Positions 27,813 through 37,612 of a stretch of DNA of 64,000 nucleotides are shown here, piece after piece. Position numbers and translations under genes: made by a program. Origin of the DNA: a virus; the IMG/VR virus record IMGVR_UViG_3300020057_000001, positions 1 to 64,000 of that record. One strand, 5' to 3'. Below the pieces are notes generated by a model. The model had not been told where the DNA came from and made no database searches. It saw nothing but the letters and a program-made list of their open reading frames with translations. Position 1 is the first letter of the stretch. Every line of letters begins with the position of its first letter.

Positions 27813-28793
27813 ATGACCGCCTCAATTACTTTTAACGCAACGTCCATCCTTTCCGAAGGGTCGTCTTCAGACCCTGTACGCCTCAGCTCACCCCTAGCGG
27901 TGGCTTTTACTGGCTCAGCTTCGCAGATGCGCCCGATAGATATGATCCTACGCCCATCTCAAAGCGCTAGCTTGATTGACGGCGTGCAACCCATTACCTA
28001 CTCGTCGATCACGAATTGGACGGTCTCAGTGCCGAGGGCACTTGAGCCTTCGACCGTAAGACTGACCGCCGATTCCGCGGTCTTTAGAACAAAGCGAGCT
28101 TTGGCACTTTCAAATACCACACTGATTTCTATCGTCAGGCAGTCCACTTCAGTTGTACGCGTACTCGCAGTGAGCGGTACGTTCGATACCACATCTGTGG
28201 TGATCGGTGACACGTTTCTCGTAGAGAAGACTACAGACGCTTTTACAAGCCCTTTTGCAGATGCAAACCAAGGGCTCAGCCTTACGATTGTAAACAAAAC
28301 GGGTACAAGCTTGGACGTCTACGACAACGGTGTGCTAGTCCCTGACAGCAACATCGACCTTAACGGCGTGTTTAACACAGCTATGAAAGTGCTCGCACCT
28401 GGAGCAGCGGCTCAAGATATGCTCTACGTTTACTCCACCACCCCACTGTTTTCAAATCAAGGTCGGTTTCTAATCGCAACGGCTTCAGACGACTACGTCG
28501 AGTACGCAAGCGCAGAATCCGTTCTGGACTCTTTCACATCTATCCCCGCTGGCGGGATTGTGGTTGCGAGAGATGCCGCGCAGTATGTGTTCTTGACCGC
28601 TTCGGGCTCCGTGGAAGTGCTCACAGGTAACCAACAGCTCGGCTCGGGTACCAAAATTACAAGTATCTCGGGCGCAAACGCCGTGGCTCTGCTTACGGTA
28701 AGCAGCCCAGTGTTGGTTGTACACAACCCGTCACTTGTAGACCAGATTCGAATTGTCGCACATGTTGCCTCTTCCCCAGCGTCGGAGTGCTAG
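27813..28793 (+). CDS. Putative virion structural protein
   Basis: S/T/V/A-rich beta composition; lies between terL and portal. Confidence 0.5.
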   Translation: MTASITFNATSILSEGSSSDPVRLSSPLAVAFTGSASQMRPIDMILRPSQSASLIDGVQPITYSSITNWTVSVPRALEPSTVRLTADSAVFRTKRALALSNTTLISIVRQSTSVVRVLAVSGTFDTTSVVIGDTFLVEKTTDAFTSPFADANQGLSLTIVNKTGTSLDVYDNGVLVPDSNIDLNGVFNTAMKVLAPGAAAQDMLYVYSTTPLFSNQGRFLIATASDDYVEYASAESVLDSFTSIPAGGIVVARDAAQYVFLTASGSVEVLTGNQQLGSGTKITSISGANAVALLTVSSPVLVVHNPSLVDQIRIVAHVASSPASEC

Positions 28794-28796
28794 AAA

Positions 28797-30764
28797 ATGT
28801 CAGATGAAAAAAAGAAGTACGGTAAGGTTACAATTGGGAGTGCGAGCGTGCAAGGAAGCGAGCCGTTCACCCTAAATAACTATGTGGAAGGTATGTCCAA
28901 AAGCATGCCGTCGGAAGACAGGCAAGGTAAGACGTCTGAAGCGGCGCCGCAAAATAAATCAAAAACGTTGTTCAACTCTCCGTATACTTTACTCGGTGCC
29001 TCCCAAGGATGGATTGACAAAGCTCGCGATCGTCTGACGGACGACCAACTGCGAGACATTGCGGTTATTGACCCGTACGTATCCGCTATCCGTAAGACAC
29101 GAGTTGCTCAAGTATCCCCCTTAGCCGGTCGAGCAGTATCACGCTTTGACAAAGGGATTCGCATAGTAGAGAAAAAGCCATCAGTAAGAAAAGATTTTGA
29201 GAACGACGAGGAGTACGAGCAAGCGAAAGAGACCGCGGAAAAAGAAAAAGACAGCCTCGTGTCTTTTTTGCTCAACTGTGGGACTACGGATAAACGCGCA
29301 CTCGAAGACCTGTACGATGGTGTCGATAAAACCTTTATGCACTGCTCGTTAAAGTCATATTTTCAAGCTCAGGTAGATAATCTTCTTACATTTGGTCGCT
29401 ACGGGCGCCAATCGCTTCGAGACGAGGAAGGTGCGCTCATTGCCTTTCGACCTGTCCCTGTGGAGACTATACGCGTAGCAGACCCTGAGCAGAAAGCTTG
29501 GTTATCGTATTTCGATAATCAGGAGCGTGTGTATTTTTCGAAAGAGGTCGAGGACTACAATTCGCTACCTGAAGACGCGCGCCCAATAGCCTACTATCAA
29601 GTCCTTGACGGGCAACCTCGCCGGTTCTTTACGGACGAAGACTTAAAAATATTTCAATACCAGCAGCAGGCATATGTCAATCTTCTAGGGTATGCGAAAA
29701 GCCCAATTGAAGAAGCCATTACCGTCATTTTTTTGCACCACAGCTCTCTTCAGCAGCTTCGGAACATGCTCGTGAAGGGCCTTCTGACCAAAGGCATGAT
29801 CGCCCTCAAATCGATGAACCCTGAAATCGAAGTGCCCGACGAAGTCGTCACGCAGTTTAAACAGGAACTGACCAACTTTTCTTCCGGTACATCGAACAAT
29901 ACGGCTGTACCCATTATTGCGGGACCCATAGAAGTTCAATGGGTACCTCTTGCGCCTTCGTTGAAAGATTCCGCTTGGCAAGAAATTGAAATGCTGATCA
30001 TTCGCTGTATTCACAGTGCGTTCCAGATCAGCCCAGCAGAAACTGGTCAAGGAGCACTCGGTGATCCAGGCGGCGGGATAAACAGTTCTGAGAAGGATAA
30101 CGACCTTATCGCTGGCGAAGAACGGGGACTAAAGCTTATAGTCGACATTCTTCAAGAAGACTTAAACTCAATTATCTTTGAGATGATGCCTGCGGCTGCG
30201 TCTAAGTATGAAGTGCAGATCTACGGCGTAGGTAACGAGTCACAAGAGGGCATGTTGCAGCGGGCTCAGGCGGAAATGAACTTAACCGCAACTTATAATT
30301 CGCTGCTAAGCATGAGTGAGAAGAACGAGACGCTGTCCTACGGCGGAGACGTGCCTCTCAATCCTCAGTGGCATCAGTTAATTAAGCCTACTATGCGCGT
30401 CGGTAAATTTCTGGAAATCTTTATGGGAGAAGAGGGAGCTGGAAACAATCCACTGTACGATTTCTTTTTTGACGAAGGCTTAAACCAGCGGATTGACGCT
30501 ATGAAAGCGAAAAGTCTCAGCGCGCAAACCGCATCAAATGCGGCACAAATCGCTCAAGCAGAGCAGTCGGTTCAACAATCCCAACAACCACCTCAGCCGG
30601 AACAACCTGAGAATCCCCCACAGGGTGCGCAAGAAGCTTCAGGCAAAGAAGAAGAAGTCCAGAAATCGCTTCGGGACGAGTATAGAGAAAATTTACACAA
30701 GAGCTTTGTGTCAGAGTGGGTAAGAGCACATGAAGAAGACCCGCTAGAAGAACTAGGAAATTAG
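28797..30764 (+). CDS. Portal protein
   Basis: DNLLTFG, GYAKSPIE, VQWVPL...D.AWQE, IHSAFQISPAETG portal-type motifs; follows terL. Confidence 0.8.
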   Translation: MSDEKKKYGKVTIGSASVQGSEPFTLNNYVEGMSKSMPSEDRQGKTSEAAPQNKSKTLFNSPYTLLGASQGWIDKARDRLTDDQLRDIAVIDPYVSAIRKTRVAQVSPLAGRAVSRFDKGIRIVEKKPSVRKDFENDEEYEQAKETAEKEKDSLVSFLLNCGTTDKRALEDLYDGVDKTFMHCSLKSYFQAQVDNLLTFGRYGRQSLRDEEGALIAFRPVPVETIRVADPEQKAWLSYFDNQERVYFSKEVEDYNSLPEDARPIAYYQVLDGQPRRFFTDEDLKIFQYQQQAYVNLLGYAKSPIEEAITVIFLHHSSLQQLRNMLVKGLLTKGMIALKSMNPEIEVPDEVVTQFKQELTNFSSGTSNNTAVPIIAGPIEVQWVPLAPSLKDSAWQEIEMLIIRCIHSAFQISPAETGQGALGDPGGGINSSEKDNDLIAGEERGLKLIVDILQEDLNSIIFEMMPAAASKYEVQIYGVGNESQEGMLQRAQAEMNLTATYNSLLSMSEKNETLSYGGDVPLNPQWHQLIKPTMRVGKFLEIFMGEEGAGNNPLYDFFFDEGLNQRIDAMKAKSLSAQTASNAAQIAQAEQSVQQSQQPPQPEQPENPPQGAQEASGKEEEVQKSLRDEYRENLHKSFVSEWVRAHEEDPLEELGN

Positions 30765-30982
30765 ACCAACTGCTGCACGTCAGCGTCTTTCAGTCTTTCC
30801 AGAAGCTTGTCCCGCCATTTTTCTGCATGCGCAATCTCTACTTCATTTTGGCCGTACTTGATTGCAGAGCGCAAATCAAGCTCTAAGAAGTCGTAGACTG
30901 CGCTAGCCAAAGCCGACCCCTTCAGTGCGTACCGCAACTCTTCTTGGTCTGCCGGTAAATCATAACTCAGTGTCGCTTTCAT
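30761..30982 (-). CDS. Small phage hypothetical protein (MKATLSYDLP...)
   Basis: ATG with AAAGG SD. Confidence 0.6.
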   Translation of the reverse strand: MKATLSYDLPADQEELRYALKGSALASAVYDFLELDLRSAIKYGQNEVEIAHAEKWRDKLLERLKDADVQQLV

Positions 30983-31008
30983 TTCGCAACCTTTGTGCTT
31001 TACGTTAA

Positions 31009-31260
31009 TCAACCAACGATGTCGCGGTCCCATGTGTTTGCTTGGACTGTCTGCGCCCAGTACTCGCAGCTATCTTCGTCAATTTCACATCGCTGCTCCA
31101 TCCCACTTACGTAGCGGACAGCCGCCACTCTTTGAACGTGAAAGTCTGAATCAACAGCTACGTTTAAGCCTTGGTATGTAGGTACGCGGTCTCTGTTCGT
31201 CTTGAACCCCAGCGCGCGCATAAGTTTTCTAAAGAAACGTGAAACAGTACTTGTCAGCAT
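31009..31260 (-). CDS. Hypothetical protein
   Basis: AAAGGAG SD before MLTSTV. Confidence 0.55.
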   Translation of the reverse strand: MLTSTVSRFFRKLMRALGFKTNRDRVPTYQGLNVAVDSDFHVQRVAAVRYVSGMEQRCEIDEDSCEYWAQTVQANTWDRDIVG

Positions 31261-31394
31261 AAATTCTCCTTTAATGCATACTACAATGGTTCTCGGACAG
31301 ATCCAACCGGACTTTAGCACTTTTTTACGTGCTAGATTTCTTTTAGGAAATCGTGTACTATTTAAAGACTTCAAACCCCTAGAAAGGATACGAT

Positions 31395-31691
31395 ATGACC
31401 GATTTCTTCGATTCCCTTAATAATGAACCGTCGCAAGAAGACCTACAGGCCGCTATCCCTCTAGCGCTGGCGCAACTAGTCAATGAAAACAACCTTGTAA
31501 AACAAGAACTCTTCCGTCAAGCGCAAGAGCTACAGCAGCTTAGAGTACACGCCGCCCTGTCACTCTTCCTCGTAGAAAAAACAATTGGCGCAGAAAGGTA
31601 CGCGGAGATCGTCGTGCTCTTTAATGAAGCCGTGAGCGTCAAGCTTAACACTCAAGCAGAAACCCTTGCGGACAGTCAGGAAACCGTGTGA
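31395..31691 (+). CDS. Hypothetical coiled-coil protein
   Basis: AAGGA SD; coupled to the next gene. Confidence 0.65.
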   Translation: MTDFFDSLNNEPSQEDLQAAIPLALAQLVNENNLVKQELFRQAQELQQLRVHAALSLFLVEKTIGAERYAEIVVLFNEAVSVKLNTQAETLADSQETV

Positions 31692-32428
31692 AAAGCCGCT
31701 TTCAAGAAGTCTGCCCGCGCAGGCTGAAAAACCTACCTACCGACGGACCCTGCCCCCTTGCACTCCGCTCTATTGAGGCATGGCAAAACGGTGAGAGAGA
31801 CGAAACAAAACTCGCATGTCCTTTCTTTACAATGTCAAGCCAGTACTCTAATTGTTTCTTCTCTCAACTCGACGATCAAAACGGGCATGCCATCGAATCT
31901 GACAGAGAGATCGCTAAGACTCTAGGGCTCACTGACAAAGAAGTGAAAACTGCGACTGCTGAAGCGATAACGAAGATTAAAGCCGCAGCAGACGAAGGCA
32001 ATGAAGACGTAAAGCTCTTGCTTGAGTCTTTAGCAGATGTGAACGCACTGCCCGCAGAAGCCGACATCTACGCTGGTGAAAACTGGTTGTTCGAGGGTGT
32101 CGAGCATCTGATCGACGAGCTTACGTACCGTGGACAAATAGAGACGTTACTCAATCAAGGGCGCTTGAAGGCACCTGTCGCTGAAGCCCTGCTGAAGAGG
32201 GGTCCTGGTAGACCCTCGGCGGCTATTCAACCTCCAAAGGGTACGAGCGGAACCGGTGCTGTACACCACAGTGGAAAAATTCAACTGTTTGCGTTGTCTA
32301 GTAACTGGAACAAAGTAGTAAAAAAATTCCAAGAAGGCCCTACGCCGATACGTATGGCTACCAACTCGTTAGTATCGCGGGAACGTAAGCTCAGTAAGAA
32401 GGACATGGAAGATGAAGAAAAATCTTAA
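31688..32428 (+). CDS. Cys-rich protein with sigma region-4-like HTH
   Basis: CP..CP..CPF..CFF, then SDREIAKTLGLTDKEVKTATAEAITKIK. Confidence 0.5.
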   Translation: MKSRFQEVCPRRLKNLPTDGPCPLALRSIEAWQNGERDETKLACPFFTMSSQYSNCFFSQLDDQNGHAIESDREIAKTLGLTDKEVKTATAEAITKIKAAADEGNEDVKLLLESLADVNALPAEADIYAGENWLFEGVEHLIDELTYRGQIETLLNQGRLKAPVAEALLKRGPGRPSAAIQPPKGTSGTGAVHHSGKIQLFALSSNWNKVVKKFQEGPTPIRMATNSLVSRERKLSKKDMEDEEKS

Positions 32429-33539
32429 GCCAAAACTTAGAGCTATAAAACCTCTCCTGAGGCAAGTGCTTTTTCTTAAGCGCTTAGAAGCAGAGATGAA
32501 CGCGGCCTACGACATGATCTCTAGCAAGCTTGTCGACGATATCATGAAGCAGGTTGCGCTTGTAGAACCCCTAGCCAAGTCAGACGACGACCTTCCAGAG
32601 AACTTTTCAAGAAAGATTCCCCGCTTCGAGGTGGATCTTTCATCTATTAGCAAGCTCATAGAAAAATACACGGACGCTTTGCGCTACACGATTCTCGGTA
32701 AAGCCGCAGGGAAAGAAGCCGAAGACGCTGTAACAGAGCTTAGGCTGAAGACTAAGATTCCCGCAGGTGGGGTGGTGCAAGGCTACCTTTCAGCCCTAGA
32801 CGCGCACGCTGCATACATGAACGGGGTCCTTGAGAAAGAAGGGTCTATCTCGGGACGCTTTACCAAAAAAGCGCTTGACTTTATTAAAGAAAAAACCGGC
32901 CTATTGGTAGATGCCAAAGTGCTCGAACTGAGGTCAAGGACCCTATCGACTTTGCAAGATTCTCTTAAAGAGATTGATATGCAGAATGATGCCGCTGTGC
33001 GTGAATACGTACTGGCTGAAAATACGCTTAAGGGAAACATCTCGTCGATTAAAGCTAAACAAGCACTCGTGAAAGAAGCTATCCAAGACGTGTTCGAAAA
33101 ACGCACACCGGTCTACCTCGTCAAGCAGCGTCTCAAGGACGTTACCCAAGAGTACGGGACCAATTGGACACGTGTCGTGCGCACGGAAATGGGTCTCGCT
33201 TCCGGTGCCGCTTCACAGCAAGCCATAGCGGATATTGCAGGGCACGAAGATCCCGTAGTCGCTATTGTTGTTACAAAAGACGACAGGTTGTCACCTGAGT
33301 GCCGTGACTGGTCGTTAAACGAAGACGGGTCGTACAAATATTTCAAAATGAGTGCGTTGAAACCCGCAGGATACAACCTTGGGCGAAAGAAAGCGGAGTG
33401 GAAAAATAGCGTACCAAGTCGACACTTCAACTGCCGCTGCCATATCGCGTACGTCCCTGCCGGTTTCAAACTTGACCTGTATGGTTCGCTGATCCCACTC
33501 ACAGACACCGAGGAACTGAAACTTGAAAACAACTCTTAA
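32412..33539 (+). CDS. Phage Mu gpF/SPP1 gp7-like head morphogenesis protein
   Basis: RVVRTE...DDRL..EC...PSRHFNCRC. Confidence 0.75.
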   Translation: MKKNLKPKLRAIKPLLRQVLFLKRLEAEMNAAYDMISSKLVDDIMKQVALVEPLAKSDDDLPENFSRKIPRFEVDLSSISKLIEKYTDALRYTILGKAAGKEAEDAVTELRLKTKIPAGGVVQGYLSALDAHAAYMNGVLEKEGSISGRFTKKALDFIKEKTGLLVDAKVLELRSRTLSTLQDSLKEIDMQNDAAVREYVLAENTLKGNISSIKAKQALVKEAIQDVFEKRTPVYLVKQRLKDVTQEYGTNWTRVVRTEMGLASGAASQQAIADIAGHEDPVVAIVVTKDDRLSPECRDWSLNEDGSYKYFKMSALKPAGYNLGRKKAEWKNSVPSRHFNCRCHIAYVPAGFKLDLYGSLIPLTDTEELKLENNS

Positions 33540-34014
33540 TGATCTCGTGCAACGGAATGCAACCTCCACCACATTTCTTTGGACAATACCTAAGCGGACG
33601 CTTCGACGAAGAATTCGCGTGGCTTTTTACGTGTACGTTACCGGCCCTATACGGACAGTGCGGGTTGCCGCCGCGCATGTTTTCCAAAACCTCTGGCTGT
33701 TAAAGCACGTTTGGAGGTTCCGCCCTTGGGACGCGGCGTACAAGTACGCGCTCCTCTACGACATCTACGACAAAATGGTCATAGATTTTGAACGTGGAAA
33801 CGATATGGTAGACAGCTCAAAAAGTATCAAGAGCCTTAAGATTTGCAGAGAAGCATGTAAGCGGCTGAGGGATCCTGTAGATACATACGTAGACGTGACA
33901 GAAAAAGCAAAGCTTTTTAGTGACCGCTACGTTATATGTTCTGCGGACGATACTAAAGGTCCGAGAGAAACGCTAGCTAACGAAATAAAGCGCAACGGCA
34001 ACTGGTGGTGGTGA
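33523..34014 (+). CDS. Hypothetical phage protein
   Basis: WRFRPWD motif, ends WWW; start uncertain. Confidence 0.55.
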   Translation: MKTTLNDLVQRNATSTTFLWTIPKRTLRRRIRVAFYVYVTGPIRTVRVAAAHVFQNLWLLKHVWRFRPWDAAYKYALLYDIYDKMVIDFERGNDMVDSSKSIKSLKICREACKRLRDPVDTYVDVTEKAKLFSDRYVICSADDTKGPRETLANEIKRNGNWWW

Positions 34015-34039
34015 GTTAAAGGTCTGCGCGGTCAGGTAC

Positions 34040-34249
34040 TTATCGTACACTTTTGTTTTTATCTCGTATAATAGACACTTCCACACGGTGCATGACGGTA
34101 CTCACTACCAGCATCAACCCTAGAGTCATTAAAAACGGCGCGACGTCCCGCTCCATGTTGTCGGTAAACTTCAAAAGTAGAACTGTTGCCACAGCAAACG
34201 ACAGGAATTGTAGCCCAACTAATGAATATAACAAGTAATATTTTTTCAT
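34040..34249 (-). CDS. Small 2-TM membrane protein
   Basis: GAGGT SD; hydrophobic; own sigma28-like promoter. Confidence 0.65.
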   Translation of the reverse strand: MKKYYLLYSLVGLQFLSFAVATVLLLKFTDNMERDVAPFLMTLGLMLVVSTVMHRVEVSIIRDKNKSVR

Positions 34250-34276
34250 CTCATACCTCTTAAGTTTCTAAATTGT

Positions 34277-34303
34277 GTATCGTCAGGGTCTGTAAAAACT
34301 TTA
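34277..34303 (-). promoter_or_regulatory. sigma28-like promoter
   Basis: TAAA-GTTTTTACAGACCCT-GACGATAC. Confidence 0.65.
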
Positions 34304-34363
34304 ACACTATTTTGGAACAAGTCAAAAATAAAAGACTTGACGGCGCTAAACTTTAGTTAATTT

Positions 34364-34870
34364 TCATTGTCTTTGCTTCAGGAACGCGTCCACCATGTCA
34401 AACCAATAGTTGAGAAGCTGTAGGTGAGAAGGCAAGGTCGGGCTCATTACAGACGTATCGTCTTGCGTGTGGTCGAGGTTGTTGTAGGCGTGTCCGCACT
34501 CATGCCAAAGCAAAACTTTTCTTGTCTCGTAGCTTGCGGATTCCCAAAAAGCGCGTTTTAAATAAATAGTTCCAGACCCTACAAGCGATTTTCCGTTTAG
34601 TGTTCGGTAAGAGGCAAGTCCCACAGTTTCGGGACTTGATGTAGGTAGGTTGGCAAAGTTGTCGACTACTAAGATCTGCTTGACGACACCCGCTACATAT
34701 ACAGGATTATGCTTGTTCATATCCAAAAACTCGTTGAGCAGTTCTCTGATTTCAGGATGATTTTCAGGAACCTGTGCGGGTCTTGGAGCGTCTAAAAAGA
34801 GTGTGACGGAGGGCTCTTCGCCTCCACACGCTGTGAGAAAGACGGCTAGAACTAGCAGTAGTATTTTCAT
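34364..34870 (-). CDS. Lipoprotein metzincin-like metallopeptidase
   Basis: Lipobox LTAC; HECGHAYNNLDH and Met-turn SVM. Confidence 0.75.
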   Translation of the reverse strand: MKILLLVLAVFLTACGGEEPSVTLFLDAPRPAQVPENHPEIRELLNEFLDMNKHNPVYVAGVVKQILVVDNFANLPTSSPETVGLASYRTLNGKSLVGSGTIYLKRAFWESASYETRKVLLWHECGHAYNNLDHTQDDTSVMSPTLPSHLQLLNYWFDMVDAFLKQRQ

Positions 34871-34903
34871 TCTGTTTCCCGTGAGATGTCTAAGTTTTGA
34901 AAC

Positions 34904-35230
34904 TTATTGTTTTGGTGAGCCGTTTGCGCTAAAGCGCTTAATCGTTTTACCTAAAGAGCCTGCGGCACTTAGCTCTAGCTGCATGCCATCCGAAGGTGCT
35001 TCGTCGTAGAACGCCCAAAGCTCGTCACAGGTATCTAGAAAGCTCATGCCCGCCACCATACCTAGAATCCGTTCTTCTGGGTTGGTGTCGTCGAGCGCTT
35101 GGGGAAGGTAGGCGTGAGGAGCATAGGGCGCGTAGCCTTGGAGTACTGCTTCGCGACAATACATCAAGGCATTTTTTACATTTCTGTAGGGGTCAGCGGC
35201 AAAGGGCGAACATATAAACACACGTTTCAT
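34904..35230 (-). CDS. Nucleoside 2-deoxyribosyltransferase-like / DUF4406-like protein
   Basis: VFICSPF...P.APH...CDELW...S.GM..E pattern. Confidence 0.6.
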   Translation of the reverse strand: MKRVFICSPFAADPYRNVKNALMYCREAVLQGYAPYAPHAYLPQALDDTNPEERILGMVAGMSFLDTCDELWAFYDEAPSDGMQLELSAAGSLGKTIKRFSANGSPKQ

Positions 35231-36018
35231 GTTGAGATTCCCATTAAGTATTCGAAGGCTTTTTCTGCTTGCATTGGAACCACTGCGTTACCGAGTCGCT
35301 TAATTCTGTCCATCCGAGAGGGAACCCCATAAATACCTCTGCCCATAGTGGGCTTAACAATGCGCCCGTTGGCACTGATGAATTCGTGATTTGCTGATAT
35401 TTTGAATTTCGTCCAAGGGGTAAATTCACAAATGCAGTCAGCGCTAGGCTGTTCCTTCGGTACTCTGACGGATGAGCGCCGTCTCTGTAATCCCTGGCTG
35501 CTAACGTCGGATATACTGTAAGCCAGGCAGAACCAACGTTCCCGCTTGTGTGGTGCTCCGACTTCTTGAGCGGATAGCATACACCAGCGACTATCATACC
35601 CTGCCTTGGTAAGTTCTTCGAGCACTCGATCCATTCCCCGTGTTCTGATTGCTGGGACGTTTTCAAGGAATATGAACGCGGGCTTGATCTCTTCGGCCAA
35701 GCGCATGATCTCGAAAAATAATCCACTTCGCTTTCCGTCCAAGATTCCTGCGCCTTTTCCAGCGACGGAGATATCCTGGCAGGGGAACCCTGCGACAATG
35801 ATGTCAATGACGGTGTCGAAGTGTTTTCCGGTGAGTGTAGAGATGTCGTCCCAAATCGGTGCTGCTTTGATGCTTTGATCACCCATTCGTGATAAGAGTA
35901 CAGACTGAGCGTGTCGGTCTTGTTCACAGTAAGCAATTGTGTTGATGTATTCTCTAAGCGCAAGGGTGTTTCCGCCGATGCCGCTAAATAAATCCAAGCC
36001 ATTTAATTTTTCCTTCAT
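35227..36018 (-). CDS. C5 DNA methyltransferase, alpha-type chain (motifs I-VIII and X)
   Basis: DLFSGIGG, GFPCQDIS, ENV, HKRER, RLGNAVVP; motif IX absent from this frame. Confidence 0.9.
   Translation of the reverse strand: MKEKLNGLDLFSGIGGNTLALREYINTIAYCEQDRHAQSVLLSRMGDQSIKAAPIWDDISTLTGKHFDTVIDIIVAGFPCQDISVAGKGAGILDGKRSGLFFEIMRLAEEIKPAFIFLENVPAIRTRGMDRVLEELTKAGYDSRWCMLSAQEVGAPHKRERWFCLAYSISDVSSQGLQRRRSSVRVPKEQPSADCICEFTPWTKFKISANHEFISANGRIVKPTMGRGIYGVPSRMDRIKRLGNAVVPMQAEKAFEYLMGIST
35244..36002 (-). CDS. Nested out-of-frame ORF: probable beta chain (TRD + motif IX) of the C5 MTase
   Basis: PTLAARDYRDG...SEYRRNSLAL...LSPLWAEVFMGFPLGWT; true start uncertain. Confidence 0.65.
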   Translation of the reverse strand: MAWIYLAASAETPLRLENTSTQLLTVNKTDTLSLYSYHEWVIKASKQHRFGTTSLHSPENTSTPSLTSLSQGSPARISPSLEKAQESWTESEVDYFSRSCAWPKRSSPRSYSLKTSQQSEHGEWIECSKNLPRQGMIVAGVCYPLKKSEHHTSGNVGSAWLTVYPTLAARDYRDGAHPSEYRRNSLALTAFVNLPLGRNSKYQQITNSSVPTGALLSPLWAEVFMGFPLGWTELSDSVTQWFQCKQKKPSNT

Positions 36019-36030
36019 GCCGCGACCTCT

Positions 36031-36561
36031 TTACAACCGAACAATTCCTACACTCGAAAACGCTTCTTTAAACTTTTCACTTTCGTCTACAGAACCCGCA
36101 ACATAGATAATGGCATTCCCATGGGAAGGCGAGGCATGCGCTCCGTGTTGGGAATCAAACCGAATTCTCTTAGCAGGAATACAGAACGAAAACTCAGCCA
36201 TGCTGGGTACGCCCTTCCCTTGTGAGTTTTGGAAAGCTTCCAAGCTAAAGGCTAAAAAGATAGCGTGCTTTAGGTGCCCCGATGCTTTGTAGCGCATGAG
36301 CTTTTGCCAGAACAAAGACATGTTCGACTTGTTGCCCGTTTTTCCGCCGGGGGGATTGAGAAAGATAGAGCAGTCGATAGGCCATTCTGTCGTCAATCCG
36401 CCTTGTTCTTGATTGATAATCGTAGTGGCACCCACTCTAGCGTTGCCAAAAACGTCAGAGGCAGGGTCGAGGTCTATTGTCCCTAGCACCAGTTTCGCCT
36501 TTTCAACAATCAAAGTAGGGGTGTACCAAAGGTCAGTAGCAGAGCTGTGTAAGATGTTCAT
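36031..36561 (-). CDS. Phage N6-adenine DNA methyltransferase (Dam-like family)
   Basis: WYTP, IDLDPAS, FLNPPG, RIRF. Confidence 0.78.
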   Translation of the reverse strand: MNILHSSATDLWYTPTLIVEKAKLVLGTIDLDPASDVFGNARVGATTIINQEQGGLTTEWPIDCSIFLNPPGGKTGNKSNMSLFWQKLMRYKASGHLKHAIFLAFSLEAFQNSQGKGVPSMAEFSFCIPAKRIRFDSQHGAHASPSHGNAIIYVAGSVDESEKFKEAFSSVGIVRL

Positions 36562-36860
36562 TCAACCGCGCCCACATCGCCCACGCGCAGCTCGTTTTCA
36601 CAAGGACCCATGACAGTGTATTCAGCCGATCCAACCTTGGAAACCAAGCTTCGAAACGGAATCTCTTCACCAAGCTCAGTAAGGACAACAAAACGACTCT
36701 CGGAGATCGACACAACCACTCCTCGCAGCGACCGTAGTACGTTCTTCCCTGTGCTCATTGAAAGAAGCAAAGTGTCCCCTTGCTCAAAGTATTCTGGATG
36801 GCTCGGGTCTTGTAAAAAATTTACAGCGTTTCCCTTAAGTAGTTCAGGCGTCGAGTTCAT
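36558..36860 (-). CDS. Hypothetical protein
   Basis: Overlapping in operon; GGAG SD. Confidence 0.55.
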   Translation of the reverse strand: MNSTPELLKGNAVNFLQDPSHPEYFEQGDTLLLSMSTGKNVLRSLRGVVVSISESRFVVLTELGEEIPFRSLVSKVGSAEYTVMGPCENELRVGDVGAVE

Positions 36861-37545
36861 TCAATTCTCCACTATCAATTCGTAGTTTTAGCTCTTCCAT
36901 GGCGTTATCTTTTAACACTTTCTCTGCTACTATTTCAGTAACTTCACTGTAGGCATCGGTCAGCAACACGGCAGACTTTAGTCTCCATCTTAAAAAATCT
37001 ATTTTCTTTAGGAATCTTTTAAAGTCTTCTGGTACATGGTGCGTATTCATAGTCGCGTCTTTAAGATACAGGTCTTGCCACCTCGACGGGATCTCAACAA
37101 CGTCTAGATTTCCGCCAGTCATGTCTAACCAGTCGAGCGCAAGAATGACCTCTATTTTTTCTTCTGCCGCTAGCTTAAGCAGGAGGCAGTCACATATTGC
37201 TACTTGCTTCTCTTTAGAAAGAGCACTGTAGGCCGCGTTTTCAATCATTAGCGGGTTCGCCCACACCTCGACAAGCACCGCGTCTAGCACTTCTCTAGGC
37301 GCTTCGGTGGAATCTAGCTTTTTTTCTACTGCCATTTCGCATTCGTCGTAAAGCTGGAGTACCCGATAGTCTTGCTTGCAGCACAGCGAGATGTACTCAA
37401 ACGTTTTATCAGCTAGTACGTCCATGCTCCAGCGTTCGTGCTGCTCCTCGATCTCCCACTTAACGTAGAGGTCTAGAAGGTCGTAGCCTCTTTGCGACCT
37501 TGGGGAAAGCTTTACGTACTTGGGGTGCTTGAATATTCGTGCCAT
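36844..37545 (-). CDS. Hypothetical protein
   Basis: AAGGA SD; acidic and helical. Confidence 0.65.
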   Translation of the reverse strand: MARIFKHPKYVKLSPRSQRGYDLLDLYVKWEIEEQHERWSMDVLADKTFEYISLCCKQDYRVLQLYDECEMAVEKKLDSTEAPREVLDAVLVEVWANPLMIENAAYSALSKEKQVAICDCLLLKLAAEEKIEVILALDWLDMTGGNLDVVEIPSRWQDLYLKDATMNTHHVPEDFKRFLKKIDFLRWRLKSAVLLTDAYSEVTEIVAEKVLKDNAMEELKLRIDSGELNELDA

Positions 37546-37557
37546 GGTAATCCTTTT

Positions 37558-37607
37558 TCAAACGTCGAGAACTTGAATGTCTTCGGTAACAGTGCGGTAG
37601 ACTTTAG
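37558..37607. repeat. Direct repeat copy 1 (duplicate of helicase 3' end)
   Basis: 47/50 identical to 38420-38469, with a 37-bp exact core. Confidence 0.9.
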
Positions 37608-37612
37608 AAGGT

